Source: Centroscyllium fabricii (lineage: Eukaryota). From it: a stretch of DNA of 64,000 nucleotides. The notes below the pieces were generated by a model. It ran no database searches. It had not been told where the DNA came from and saw only the letters and a list, made by a program, of their open reading frames with translations. Shown piece by piece: positions 22,700 through 35,427 of this stretch. Each line of letters opens with the position of its first letter. Position 1 is the stretch's first letter. The stretch is from positions 159,278,001 to 159,342,000 of the forward strand of contig JBNRSN020000006.1 of assembly GCA_051313645.2 (NCBI GenBank), read 5' to 3'. Both the position numbers and the translations under genes were made by a program.

Positions 22700-25600
22700 G
22701 CCTTACTGGCAGAGGGATTACAGTTGCCTGTTTGATTATCCATGCCTGACCAGCAGAGGGCATGTGACAAGAAGCTAGTTAGTTTTGGTTTCAGTTTAAG
22801 ATGGATCTCAAGATGGAGTCTCTGTAAAGCCTGTGTAAGCTTCATGTAAAAGCTGTAAGTTACTTTAACATACTTTAGATTAAACAACATTCTCCTTCAT
22901 TCATGTGTCCTCTTGGAACCCATATACAAAACAAAACATGGTGTCAGGAATGGAATGAAAGAAATGAAAAGGAAAAATCTGAAGTTAGCAACGAACCAGC
23001 AAAATCAGCTCTCCACATATTAGCAAGCAAAAAGAGAACATTGTTACTTACCTTTGGAGAATAGCTAACGAAGTGAAAAATAGAAGGGTTAAACCCATCA
23101 GCGAAACATCATTTGACAGGTAATGTGGCTGAAAATTGGAACAGGTTCAAACAACGTTTTGAGTTGTATTCAGCGGCAATCGGAGCAGACGAGAAAAGTG
23201 ATAAAATGAAAGCGTCAGTGTTCTTGCATGTCGTGGGTGATGAAGCGCTGGAGGTGTATAATAACCTCACATTCGCTGCTGATGGAGACAAAATGAAGTT
23301 GGATAAAATAATGGAACAGTTTGAGGCATACTGCATACCTAAACGTCATGTGACATTTGAGAGGCACAGATTTTTCACATGTGTGCAGAAAACGGGAGAA
23401 ACTATTGATCAGTATGTGACTGAGCTGAGACACAGAAGCAAAACGTGTTAATTTGGTGGACTGACAGACTCGCTGATAAAAGACAGACTTGTGTGTGGTA
23501 TTCCAGATAATAGTCTAAGGGAAAGACTGCTAAGAGAGCAAAATCTAGACCTGGAAAAAGCCATAGCACACTGTAGGGCTACAGAGACTGTGAAGTCGCA
23601 GGCAAAAGAGCTGTTCAGTGACAGTAGCTGCAACGTGGATGCAGTGAGAAAGAACGGACACAAACCATTTAACAAAAAGAGCGCCAATGTGAAAAAAGAG
23701 GCATGGCCAAAGAACAAAGAAGAAAGGGGCAATCGAAAGCCATGTAGTCGATGCGGTACAAAACACCTACCAAGAAAGTGTCCAGCATATGGTAAGCCAT
23801 GCAATATTAGCAACAACATCAACCATTATGCCCGCTGCTGTGAGAACCAAGCGCAACAAAGCAAGGTTCATGCAGTAGATGAAAGGGAGATAGAGGAGTT
23901 CTATGTGGACGTTGTGTCTGAAAACAAAAAAGAAAAAAGTGAATGACATACACATTTCATTTAAATTGGATACTGGAGCACAAATTAATCTGATATCAGA
24001 GACTGATTTTACGATAATTAGACCCAAACCAAAGATATATGGAACAAAAGTGAAAGTGACAGGATATTCAGGTACTGATATACCAGTGCAAGGAAAATGC
24101 ATTGTCAAAGTGACACACAAGGACAGAGAGCACATGCTAGCATTCATCGTGGTACCAAAGGAAGTGCAGGCCATACTAGGCTTAATAGCCTGTGAGAGAC
24201 TGAACCTGGTAAAGAGAGTCCTCGTTGTGGAAAGTGAAGGAGAGATAGTCTATGATGAACTCATGAAAGAGTACAACGACCTATTTCAGGGTCTAGGCTG
24301 CCTTCCAGGAGAACACACGATCAGAGTAGATAAAAATGTGCCACCGATAGTACATCCATGCAGAAAGGTTCCGTTTGCTCTTCAAAAGCAACTGAAGACC
24401 GAGTTGGGCAGGATGGAAAGCCTGAACGTGAATCAGAAGATAGATGAGCCAACTGAGTGGGTGAGTTCCCTCGCCGTTGTGGACAAAAAGAATGGAAAAC
24501 TCAGAATTTGCCTAGATCCAAGAGATCTAAACAGAGCAATAAAGAGAGAGCACTTCAAGCTTCTGATGCGTGAGGAAATCATGTCACAGTTTGCAAATGC
24601 GAAGTATTTCAACAAGTTAGATGCATCATCAGGATTTTGGCAGTTGAAACTGGACGAGGCAAGTTCAAGACTGTGCACATTCAATAGTCCATTTGGCAGA
24701 TACAGATTCCTAAGGTTACCATTTGGCATTGCCTCAGCTCCTGAAGTGTATCACAAAACTATCCATGTGGTCTATGAGCACCTAGAGGGATTGATACCTC
24801 AATGGATGACATCATAGTATGGGGAACCACGAGAACTGAGCATGACGAGAGACTGCAAAAAGTGCTGGGGTGACAGAACTGACATTTGTGGGAGATATCC
24901 TTAGCAGTGAGGGCATCAGACCAGATCCCAGAAAGGTGTCCGCCATTGGGAATATGCCAAGGCCACAATACAAAAGGGACATGCAGAGGTTTAATGGAAT
25001 GATCAACTACATGGGTAAATTTATATCCAACCCCTCAGAAAATATGGCTCCACTGAGAAGACTAACTGAAAAGAACATAGAATGGGAGTGGAATCATGAG
25101 CATGGGAAGTCATGGAGCGAACTAAAGAAACTGCTCACAGAGGAACCAGTTCTGAGGTTTTATGACCCAGCGAGACCCATCAAGATATCATCAGACGCAT
25201 CACAGAGTGGGCTCGGTGTAGGTCTTCTGCAAAAATATGACGACTGGCAACCTATTGCATATGCATCGAGCTCAATGACAGATGCGGAGATTTGATATGC
25301 TCAAATAGAAAAGGAGCTGCTCAGCATCACATATGTCTGTGAAAGATTTCATCAGTTTGTATCAGGACAAGGAATCAGTGTAGAGACTGACCATAAGCCC
25401 TTGATTGCATTGTTCCAAAAGTCACTAAATGTCTGTCCACTTAGAATACAAAGAATGATGATCAGGCTGCAATGCTATACACTGAATGTTGCGTACACTC
25501 CGGCTAAGCTAATGAACACAGCAGTCACGTTGTCTAGAGCTGTTGACCCGAGAGAGCCCGCAAACACCAAAATGGATGAAGACGTGAACGCCTACGTGGA

Positions 25601-26894
25601 CATGATCACAAGTGCACTGTCCATAGCAGATGCAAAAATGGAGCTCATTATGACTGAGACAAACAAATATGAAACACTGAGACGACTGAGAAAAAACATC
25701 TCGGATGGATGGCCCAACATGAAGCAAGACTGCTCACCGGACATTGCAGAGTACTGGAACTGCAGGGCGGAACTATTAGTGGTCGAAGACATCATCTACA
25801 AAGGAAGTAAAATCGTTATCCCAAAGAGTCTGAAAAAAGAGATGCTGAAAAGGATCCATGGAGGACATCTGGGAATCAAAACATGTAAGAAAAGAGCACG
25901 AGAGGTGATGTGCTGGCCACGAATCAACCATGATGTGACAAATGAGGTGTTAAACTGCACAATATGCCAGAAATATCAAGCAAGCAATCCTGTAGAACCA
26001 CTAAAGCCACGCCCAGCACCAGACAGACCTTACCAGAAGGTAGGCGCTGACCTATTCGTATGTCAAAGGAAGGACTATCTTGTAGTCACAGACTATTACT
26101 CCCTGTATCCAGAGGTGTGGAGACTGAACACCACCACTGCAGATGCTGTGATAACATGCATGAAAGCTATATTCTCCAGACATGGCGTGGCAAGCGAGGT
26201 CTTCACAGACAATGGACCCCAGTTTTGCAATTCAAGTTTCCGACACTTTGCCAAAGAGTGGGACTTTGTACACACAACGTCACGTCCTCATTTTCCACAG
26301 TCCAATGGGCTGGTGGAAAAATCGGTCCAGACAGTGAAAAGACTGATGTACAAGGCAAAAGACAGTGGAACTGACTTCTACCAGAGCATGGAAGTATACC
26401 GCACAACGCCGCTCAAGTGTGGTATGTCACCAGCCCAACTCCTTATGGGACGTAGGCTAAGATCAAACCTACCCATCCCAGAGAACCTCCTGAAAACAAA
26501 AGAGGGGGAGAAAATGAGGAAGTTCAAAGAACAGAAAGAAAAGCAAAAGTACTACTTTGACAGAGGAACACAAAACCTACCTGAACGCCACACTGGTGAC
26601 CAAGTAAGGCTCAAAGACAAAACAAACATATGGACTCAGAAGGGAACTGTCCTTAGTGAAGTCCAACCAAGATTATACACCATTCAGACAGATGAAGGTG
26701 CTATTCTTCGAAGAAATCATCGAGATCTTCTCATGGGACCAGCCACAGCAGGCAGAAAGACTGATGCTGTTGAACAACCTGATTACACAGCTGAGAAGAC
26801 ATCATCTGAGGCAACAACTCAGATTCAAGGACAATCAATGAGAAGATCTTCAAGACAGGTGAAGCCTCCTGAGAGACCCATAGAGCAAATTTAA
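22700..26894 (+). mobile_element. Degenerate Mag-type Gypsy element G (5' LTR start uncertain, no 3' LTR found)
   Basis: LTR-like end ...AAAACA at 22938 followed by a PBS. Gag GNVAENWNRFKQRFELY, protease LDTGAQ, RT LDASSGFWQ and PFGIASAPE, RNase H SSDAS, integrase TDNGPQF and SNGLVEK. Many stops and frameshifts. Confidence 0.88.
22939..22953 (+). promoter_or_regulatory. tRNA-Leu primer-binding site of element G
   Basis: TGGTGTCAGGAATGG directly after CA, a near match to the tRNA-Leu PBS TGGTGTCAGGAGTGG. Confidence 0.75.
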
Positions 26895-28181
26895 AGACTC
26901 TTGTTATAGAATGAAGTAGTGTTATCTTATTCGCTCTTCAAGTTCTAGTGTATGTACATATTTCATGTGAACACACAAAACAAGGTTAAAAAACGGTAAT
27001 AATGTTAATAATAATGAAAATGTAAGTTCATTAAGTGTCTGGGTAAAACTATAGGCGAACCCTGGATCTGTATAGTCATTGATAAATGGGTTGCCTGCAC
27101 TGCAGTCTGCCATAGAAAACATGGCAACTCATTCAGCATCTGCAATGAAACTCTGAGGAACACAAGGGCTGCATTTCTTGTTAATGCTCAGTTGCTATCA
27201 CGGCTTTGGGCTCAATGTTGCTCTCGACCAAATTCAACAAACCAGGAGATTTATATGCTTTCAGAGATATTAATAGACACATTGAGCTGGTATCTAGAAT
27301 AGTGGCATGCCTGGAGTAGTCAAGGATCAGGTGGCTGGCTCTCATGCCAACCATACATCTGGCCCATCAAGTAGCAGGCAATCAGTGAGTCCAATAGCCA
27401 GCAGACTTACTTCCTTCACAAGTAGTGGTAGGTTAGGTGCCACACAACTGAAACAAAGGGCAGCACTATGACAGATCACACCAACAACACCACACAATGG
27501 ATGAAATAAATGCACTGCATTAAAGTTCAACATTATGCCAAGTATTTGTGTGCTGAAGTTAGAAGAGTATTTAAGAAACTGCACTGGAAAATATAGAAGG
27601 TGTTTTTGCAAACAATTAATTTGCTGATGTGGACTGCAGTTTTATTAAATAGTGCAGCTGTGGCACACACTGGAGGGCATCCTGAATTAGTGCCCGATGT
27701 AGCAGTCTTCTTTGTTATATTGTTGGTTTGACAGATAATTCATAGTCACTTTCACCCACTTGTCCTCTCTTAGCTTCGCCATCATGTTCTTTGACCTGCA
27801 AGGCAAAACCACGCTGCAGGGAAAAGTTATGGAGCATGGAACAGATGGCAATTATATGTAAAACCTTGAGGAAATCACACTATGAGGCGTTGTCAATGGG
27901 GTGAGACTTCTGAAACACTGCTTGAAGGTTCCAATGGTATGCTCGATAAACATTCTGGTTGTAGCATGATCCTCATTATATCTGCACTCTGCTTCTGTCT
28001 ATTGTTCGCCCAAGGATGTCATGAACCCTGGTTGCAGATAGTAGCTTTGGTCTCCCAGGAGCCATCCTTCCACTCTTCCTTCCCATTCAAATAAGGTTGG
28101 CACTGATGATTGCCTTAAAATTATTTATCAGTATTCATGGACTAAACCTTATAGATAATGGCGATGCTTCCTGCCAAGTAA

Positions 28182-31100
28182 GGGGGGAATTTTCCTGCAG
28201 GTGCGGCGATTGGCCGGGTTTTGGGCGAGTCAGCTTTCTGACCCGTCTGCTCAAGTGCCTGGGAGGCCCATGCAATTTTAGTTTCATTGGGCAATTAATT
28301 CCCCACGTGTGGGAGCCCTTTCCAATACACAAAATCCAGTCAGAAAGTCGCAGAATATAACGTCACCGTGTCAGTTGCTTTAAAGTGTCAGAGCAAGCCC
28401 TTCCCACTCTGCAGGATTCTCTTTGCTTTTTGGTAGAATGGCTCAGCATCTGGGACCGCTGAAAACGGCCGACCCGCTCCCCGCTTCACTGAGGAGTCCC
28501 TCCAGGCATTGGTGGAGGGGGCAACGGCTCAGAGGGAGGTTCTCTTCCCTGCCTCAGGGAGGAAGAGACCTCCCTCCCAAACGAAGCCTGCTTGGCAGCA
28601 AGTGGCAGAATCAGTAAATTTTCTGTCAGTGACACCAAGGAGTTGGATCCAGTGCAGGAAGAGATTCAATGACCTGCATAGAACAGGAAAAGTAAGTATG
28701 AAGGAACCATCACCCTTAATGTAATCTCCATTGCCTTTCCTCACCCGCACTTGCATTCACCAATCACTTCCGCCACATCCCACTCACATTCATGAACCCT
28801 TACCCATTCCCTCTCTCTCTATGCCAACAAACATTTAATTATTCCACTGTCCAGCCCTCACACTCCCTCTCACTCTGATGCTTGGACCACAACTGACAGC
28901 ACACAGGGAGGGACCTTGGTCTTGCAACCTCACTCCATCTTTCTCTCCCTCCAACTATCAATGCTACTCATTCTCTGCACTCACTCCTTCATTCTCACTC
29001 AACCTCCATTGTATCCCTCATTGCAGGAGAAGGCAGCTCACAATAAGAGGGAGCAAGCCAGGACCGGAGGAGGACCAGCATCAGTAGCCCACCTCACCAC
29101 ATGAGAGGTAGCGGTCCTTTACCTACTGGGGGATAAAGTGACGGAGCCTGTTGGAAACGGTCAGAGAGGTTCATCCTCGCAAGCTGGTGACAGATTTGTT
29201 TGACATCTCTCTCTTCATTGCATTAGTGGCACATAATGATGCTGAATGTACATCTTATGAACTTATGAGCATCTGCAGGATGCAATATGTATGTAACCTT
29301 GCCAGTACATCTCTAACTCTTTCCTTTACTCCCCCACAGGACCATCGACAGCCCCCGTCCCCAGTGGCCACGAGGAAGACCATGAGGCTGAAGACTCCTC
29401 AGAGGAACCTGCAACCTCTGAGGGTGCAGCATCAGCAGAATTCAGCGCAACCAGCACCAGTGCAGAAACTCACACTTCGGCGGGACTTTCGCGCCATAGA
29501 TTAGTATTGTCACCTGGTGAATCGCAGCTCACAAGTGAGCCTCAACAGATTGTGGAGACAGGGACAGCAGTGGAGAGTCTGAGTCAGAGGGTGCAGGACT
29601 CTCCCAGCTCAGCTCAGCTGCATGTCGACCCTCATCCTCTGGGTCCATCCACTCTCGCAGAGGTGCTGGCACTCCATGGACAGATGCAGGAGTCTCTGGC
29701 AGGTTTTGTCTCCAGGGTCGCTGCGAGTGTGGAGCAAATGGAGGAGTTCATAGCCAACATGAGCAGGGCCTTTGTGGAGTCAAAGGCGCAACAAAGCAGC
29801 ACCATGGAAAAGATGGCATCCTCCGTGGAAAGGCTGGCTACACCCATGGAGGCACGAAGTCGCCGGAGTGAGGAATACATGGTGAGTGTTCTGAGTAGAC
29901 CGACATCTCTGGAGTGGCGATGGTCAGCTACTGAATACTGAGACCAGACCTTCATGGAAGTCCCTCTGAGAAGGCCTGCCATTGCAGATGCGGGTCCCCA
30001 TAGCCCCCCTGATGTGCAGCAAGTTGCTCTCCAGCCACCTGCAGGCGCTGAGGGGGAGCTGACCCATGAGAGGGACGTTGGTGGCACACCTCAAGGAAGT
30101 GGGGGGCTCCTCACCACGCGCTCACACTTCCATGCCACTGGCGAGCCCTCGGCCAGAGCCCCGCAGGAGTCCACACCCAAGCGAGATAGGTATCTCAACC
30201 CCTGCACAGCCACAGGAGCAGAAGACTGCTGGTGTGCCCTCACAGGCTCGCCACCCCCAGAGGTCGCCTGCCAAAGGGGTCCAGACAGTAGCAGTAGGGA
30301 AGTGAGCAAGAGGCCTCCACATCTGCTGAAGCCACAGGGGAACCACTACGTAGGAGCACACGAACAAGAGAACTGAGCACTAATAACCACAAGGGGAGTC
30401 ACTTGCTGAAATGTATGTTTAACTATGCCACTTTTTTTACACTAAAAATGTGATGGCAGCTGTTGCAGTTGAGGCGTCTGTAATTTCTCGCATAGGGCTT
30501 TCACTATGAGGGCTTATGGGTACTTGAAATTGACAGTATGCTGCAAAAAGAGCTAGGAATCCGCTGGGTGGTGGCCATGGAGGATGCTCAGATGTGAAGC
30601 TGTGAGTCACAAGTCTTTGATTGAGTAGGCTAAGTAAATCTGCCCAAGATGATAGCGTTCCTAGCAGCCCGGCCAGCAGTGGCCTCGCATCCTGCTGCAG
30701 CAGGTTCTGCTCCTGGTGCTGGATGTGCCGCTGCCACCTCTGCCACTGGTGCTCCTGTAATGCCAAGAAGGGAAGGAGAAAAGGCCTCCCATGCTTCTGG
30801 TGCCTGCCTCCTCTGAGAAAGCAGTGAATAAGGATGGACAGAGTGCTTTCACAGGAGGCCACACTGCAGAGGTGTGTGGGGCTGCAGGCTTCCAAAGGAC
30901 TGATGAAGCCTGCAGCAGGTTGCCCCGTGCCTGAAGCATCTGCCCTTCCAGCTGCCAATGAAAGCAGCTTCAATGTGCATCGGTATGATCAACCTGCTGC
31001 TGATAATCAGCGAGCAGATTATGTTCCTGCTAGGATTCACTGGCGGGGTTTCAGGATGGCAGGTATTGGGTGGGAAATGCGTGAAAATAGCTGAGGGCCC

Positions 31101-31314
31101 TTAAAATAGCATTATCCAGGCAATTAAGGGCCCTCAACGAGCTGACTGAGCATCCCCGCCGGCAACGGGCGGGAAACAATCGGGGCGGGAAATCCTGCCC
31201 GAGGAAAGTAACAAATCGGCGGGGATCAAGCGGGGTGGGTTCCCGCCCGCCAGAATTGCAATTTTAGGCCCTGCCCCACCAGAAACCCGCACTCAGGGAT
31301 CCAGAAAAATCCCC
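28182..31314 (+). mobile_element. PIF/Harbinger element with a decayed, intron-containing Myb/SANT-like gene
   Basis: Termini taa-GGGGGGAATTTT and AAAAATCCCC. First exon about 28438-28691 (REVLFP...AWQQVAESVN...PRSWIQCRKRFNDL, donor GTAAGT). Next exon from about 29027 (EKAAHNKREQARTGGGP). Coiled-coil-like remnant at 29507-29941. No intact transposase. Confidence 0.8.
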
Positions 31315-31479
31315 AAGTTTCTATTTCCCATTTCTATTCCACCGAGTGTCCACCTTTTTTCCGCCACACAGCAAGGTGCTCTGTGATGTTTTTCTTTACA
31401 TGTATTATAGAAATGTGAGTTGTTGCTGTTTATGTGGTTCTAGAGAGGCTGCTATATGGTATATGGTAATTCATATGTG

Positions 31480-31565
31480 ATTTAAAATAAAACCGTTGGA
31501 CTATAATCTGGTGTTATGTGACTTCTTGCATTTGTCCACCCCAGTCCAACACCGGCACCTCCACA
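31480..31565. repeat. Short fragment of a probable Penelope-type repeat
   Basis: AAATAAAACCGTTGGACTATAATCTGGTGTT...CCCCAGTCCAACACCGGCACCTCCACA resembles a common shark repeat end. Recognised from memory only. Confidence 0.45.
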
Positions 31566-31916
31566 ATATGGTAATTCAGGGAGGAATCAGCTGTTCAAGG
31601 CAATTTTGCTTCTACTGTTATTTCAATTTTCTTACCAGCCTTGCTTTCTCAATCAACTCCGAGGGGTAATTTTGATCTCTAGTCTCAGTAGCGTCCTCCT
31701 GCTGCCCAATTGTGATGGGCAGGTAGCTCAATCCCACCAACAATCAAGCCATTTAGGTCGGGATGCTGGCCAGCAGTGTGTCAATGAGGCTGTGCCTCTC
31801 CAGCACTACTGCTGGACAGGCTGACTGCTCGCTAGGGCGGGCTGCTGCCCAGGACTTAAAATTGACACTCTCACTTGGAAATGAGTTTCAGATTTAGAAA
31901 CTTCATCTTTAATATA

Positions 31917-32446
31917 CAGGTTGAACTTCATTGATCAGGCACCCGAAAAACTGGCAACTTCGAACGTCCAGCAATAATTTCCCCGACTGCCCTGCGCATG
32001 CGCAAAATGGCCACCGCGATCGATGCTTCGGCGAATGATCTGCGCATGTGCCGCCGAACGGCGAGCGCATGCGCAGATCATTCACAATGGCCGAGCCGAT
32101 CCCGAGCCAAGCCTGGTCGCTGTGAGCTTCCCCGACCCTGGCCGCTGCGAGCTTCCCCAAGCCTGGCCGCTGCGAGCTTCCCCGAGCCTGGCTGCTGCGA
32201 GCTTTCCCGAGCCTGGCCGCTGCGAGCCTCCCTGAGCCTGGCCGCTGCGAGTCTCCCCGAGCCTGGCCGCTGCGAGCCTCCCCGGATCAGCGCATGCGCA
32301 GACCACTCAAGATGGCTGCCGGCCTTTCGCGGTGGCCATTTTGAATGGTATGCGCATGCGCTCGCCGAAACTTCAATCGTTCGGGATTTTCACTTGTCCG
32401 GTACAGGCCTGGTCCCACCCGTGCCGGATTAACGAAGTTCAACCTG
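31917..32446. mobile_element. Tc1/mariner (Tigger/pogo-like) MITE with an internal 26-bp minisatellite
   Basis: TIRs CAGGTTGAACTTCRTTRATCMGGCAC with TA duplication. About 7 copies of GAGCCTGGCCGCTGCGAGCTTCCCC at 32105-32285. Confidence 0.88.
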
Positions 32447-32737
32447 TAGTAGGATCACGCAGCTTTAAAACCTCATATACAAACTATAGTTAAAGCCCCG
32501 AAAAAACAAAAAATGATTGACAAAATGTTTCCATTCATTAGTTTGGTCAAGTTGGGGTTTTTATAGTTTTCTTTTGAATAAGAATTGCCTAGTCTTTGCA
32601 CAGCTGACACTTAATCGGTTCTGAAGTGTACGTGTTTCCTCCTTCCTTTAATCTTCTGAGTACTGAAAAACCTCTAACTTTCAAAATAAGCATCTTTCCT
32701 TGTAATACTTGAAACATCTCTGATTTGTATGTTTCTA

Positions 32738-33529
32738 AGGCCAAAATTTTAATCTCCCCGTTAGGTGAGGTTTTTGGCGGGTCGGACGGAAAAATAGTGG
32801 AACCGGTGGGTCACGACAACCTACCCCCCCCTACCGGATCCCCGCCGCTTTAGCATTTTCCCCTGCCCTGTCCCCCCGCCCCGAATCTTTCCCGCTGGCG
32901 GGGATAGTTGGTCAGCTCATTAAGGACCCTTAATTGGCACGTTTAATGCCATTTTAAGGACCCTTAGCCATTTCCACCCCCTTCCCAGCCAAACCCTGCC
33001 ATCCTAAAACCCCGCTGGTGAAAGCCAGTGGGATCAGAATGGTGTTGCTAGCTTTCTCCTTCAAGGTGTTGAAGGACCTACAGCAAAATGCTTCCCAGGC
33101 CTTCAACACCCTGGAGGAGTAAGTCACTCCCTTGTGTCAACACCAGCTGTGGGCAAAAACTTAGAAATCTTACCTTCCCAGCTCGACTGACAGCTGTCAA
33201 AGATTTGAAGCCCGCCCGCCCACCTGTCACTCAACAGCACTTGGCCTTTCCTATTGGTTCCACTCCACTGTGATGTCACAGTGGAGTGTTTCCATGGGAA
33301 CTGTAAACAAACAGTTGCCGCATCTGCCTTACAGCCTGCTGGAATGCCGTTTCAGCGCCGTAACTGGCGACTGGACTGCTGCACTTACCAGAGGCGCCCC
33401 GCACACGGAGATTTAATTGAGTGATTAGGCTAACATAGTGTGGGCTTCCCAGGCCCTTGGCCGGGCGGGTCAGGGACCCGCCCCGACCAATCCCCGCCAG
33501 GTTCCCGCACCTCCAGCAAAATCCCCCCA
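32738..33529. mobile_element. Probable non-autonomous Harbinger-type element
   Basis: Degenerate termini GGCCAAAATTTT and AAAATCCCCC. GC-rich subterminal GGCGGG/CCCGCC repeats like those of 28182-31314. Confidence 0.5.
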
Positions 33530-34158
33530 CTAAGTGTTAGTAACACAGATCAAATTTAGTGACATGTACACAAATGCAGAACATTTGCCAATTCATAGCA
33601 GCTTTATACTTTAGTTCATTCATGAAATTTCTAAAAGTCTGTCTTGAAATATGATATAAACACATCATAAGAACCCTGAAAGACTAAACTTTTGTCTGCC
33701 TACCATGAGGTTATACAAAGCTTTACCAAGGCGAGATTATACTTTGGCCTTGGCTCATCTGACCCACAGTTTAGTCATTTTCATTTCTCAGCTTTCACTT
33801 ATGCAGAAAAGCCCCATAAACAGGATGTGTCACTACTAAACAGAAGTACAAAAATCATAGTTACTGTGATTGCAACAGATTTCTTTAGTCACCAAAATAT
33901 CCATTAACAGGTGATTTCATAGAGAAATCTAACAGGACAGAGCGAGAGGCTCGGTATAAATAACCAAAACAGGACCATGAGGCATCTACCTGCACAGTAA
34001 CACACACACAAACAGAAACCTGTAACTATGACATGAATAAAATGAATTTAAGAGAAGCTGCAATAATAATACTTCATTCTTAAATTCTCTGAATTCATTT
34101 TAAATTGAATATTAATTCAGTCTAACTGCATTACAGAGTAATCTAAAGCATATTATAC

Positions 34159-34338
34159 CTATAGGAATCCCTGTTGCTTATTGTATCGTGACCTGAATCT
34201 TCTTGGTCATCTCCGGTTACCACAAAGCAGACCTTTTTGCTATTCCGTTCTGCCTTGTCGGTGTCATTCTCTCCTGTTACTAGCGACTCAGACGTCTTGG
34301 TCTCTGATGTAGTTGGATGTGTTATTGATGAGAGGAGG
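34159..34338 (-). CDS. PREX2: PREX2 internal coding exon (180 bp)
   Basis: Acceptor cccattttatAG, donor AG|GTATAA. Encodes [59 protein letters not shown]. Split codons join correctly on both sides (GA+C = Asp, AG+T = Ser). Not in the supplied ORF track. Confidence 0.92.
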
Positions 34339-34441
34339 CTATAAAATGGGAAATAAAATAAGTAATTCAGAGTACTTAAGACTTTTCAGTAACAAAAATA
34401 AAGCATTAAATTCTTCCCTACAGGCAAACTGACAAAACCAC

Positions 34442-35188
34442 AGGCTGAATTTTAACTTGCAGGAGCGCGTGGGTTTTGGTACGAGTGGGGGGGTTAAAAC
34501 TGGCGAAATTGACAGCGCGTCGGGAAGCCAGCTCCAACCAGCTGACCTCCGCATTTCATTGCAGCACATTGGGCTGTGTGCGCCCATCCCCCTCAGCAGA
34601 GGCAGGTTGTCAATTGCCATGTGTTAATTGCTGAATTGGAGGGATATTTCAACATGCTTTTGACTTTAATGTCGAGTCCACATGTTTCCCAGGCTTCCTG
34701 AAACCCGCCAGTGAAAGCAAGGCGAGTACACAGTGGCAATCGAGGGGCGGAATCAATCTCAGGGAAATATGCCAATAAGTCCTCAGTACCTGCTTTTTAT
34801 TTGTTCACGGGATGTGGGTGTCGCTGGCAAGGCCAGCATTTATCGCCCATCCCTAATTGCCCTTGAGGAAGTGTCAGTGAAATGGGGCTCAGCCTTTGCC
34901 CATCTGGACTCCTGTCTGACACTTCTAGTTCTCCGACAGCCAACTCTAACTCCCTGAGCTTGCATCTTTGGAACATCCCTTTAAATACCGGAGTTGAGAT
35001 TGCATTATGTGGGTCCACATCATTCCCGCTGCCACTGATTGGACAGGAAACCCAGAAGTAATATGATAATGAGGTAACTGAGTTAAAAAGCCACTGAGAG
35101 ACACACTGCACTTACCTCCGGGTTTCCCACATGATATCGGACACCCTCCTGCCTAACTCCCCGATGCCACAAACTTAAAATCCGGGCC
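34442..35188. mobile_element. Probable non-autonomous Harbinger-type element containing a short LINE 3'-end fragment (about 34795-34870)
   Basis: Termini AGGCTGAATTTTAA and TTAAAATCCGGGCC. Confidence 0.5.
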
Positions 35189-35427
35189 TCTGTCATGTGT
35201 CTGTAGTTACATCTCCCGGTGGATGTAACCAGAACACTTTGTAAAATTTTAAAGTTGTCAGTAGTGTTTTTTTCAGAATACTGTAGCTGCTATAAACCTA
35301 TACTATATCCTGTATTTAAGGGAAACTCCAGGATCCAAACACTCCCGGATAGCACAAAACACTCCGCCAATGTCTATTTTCTGGTATCAATTTAGGTTTG
35401 TAATATATGTGGTAAAATCAAGTTTCA

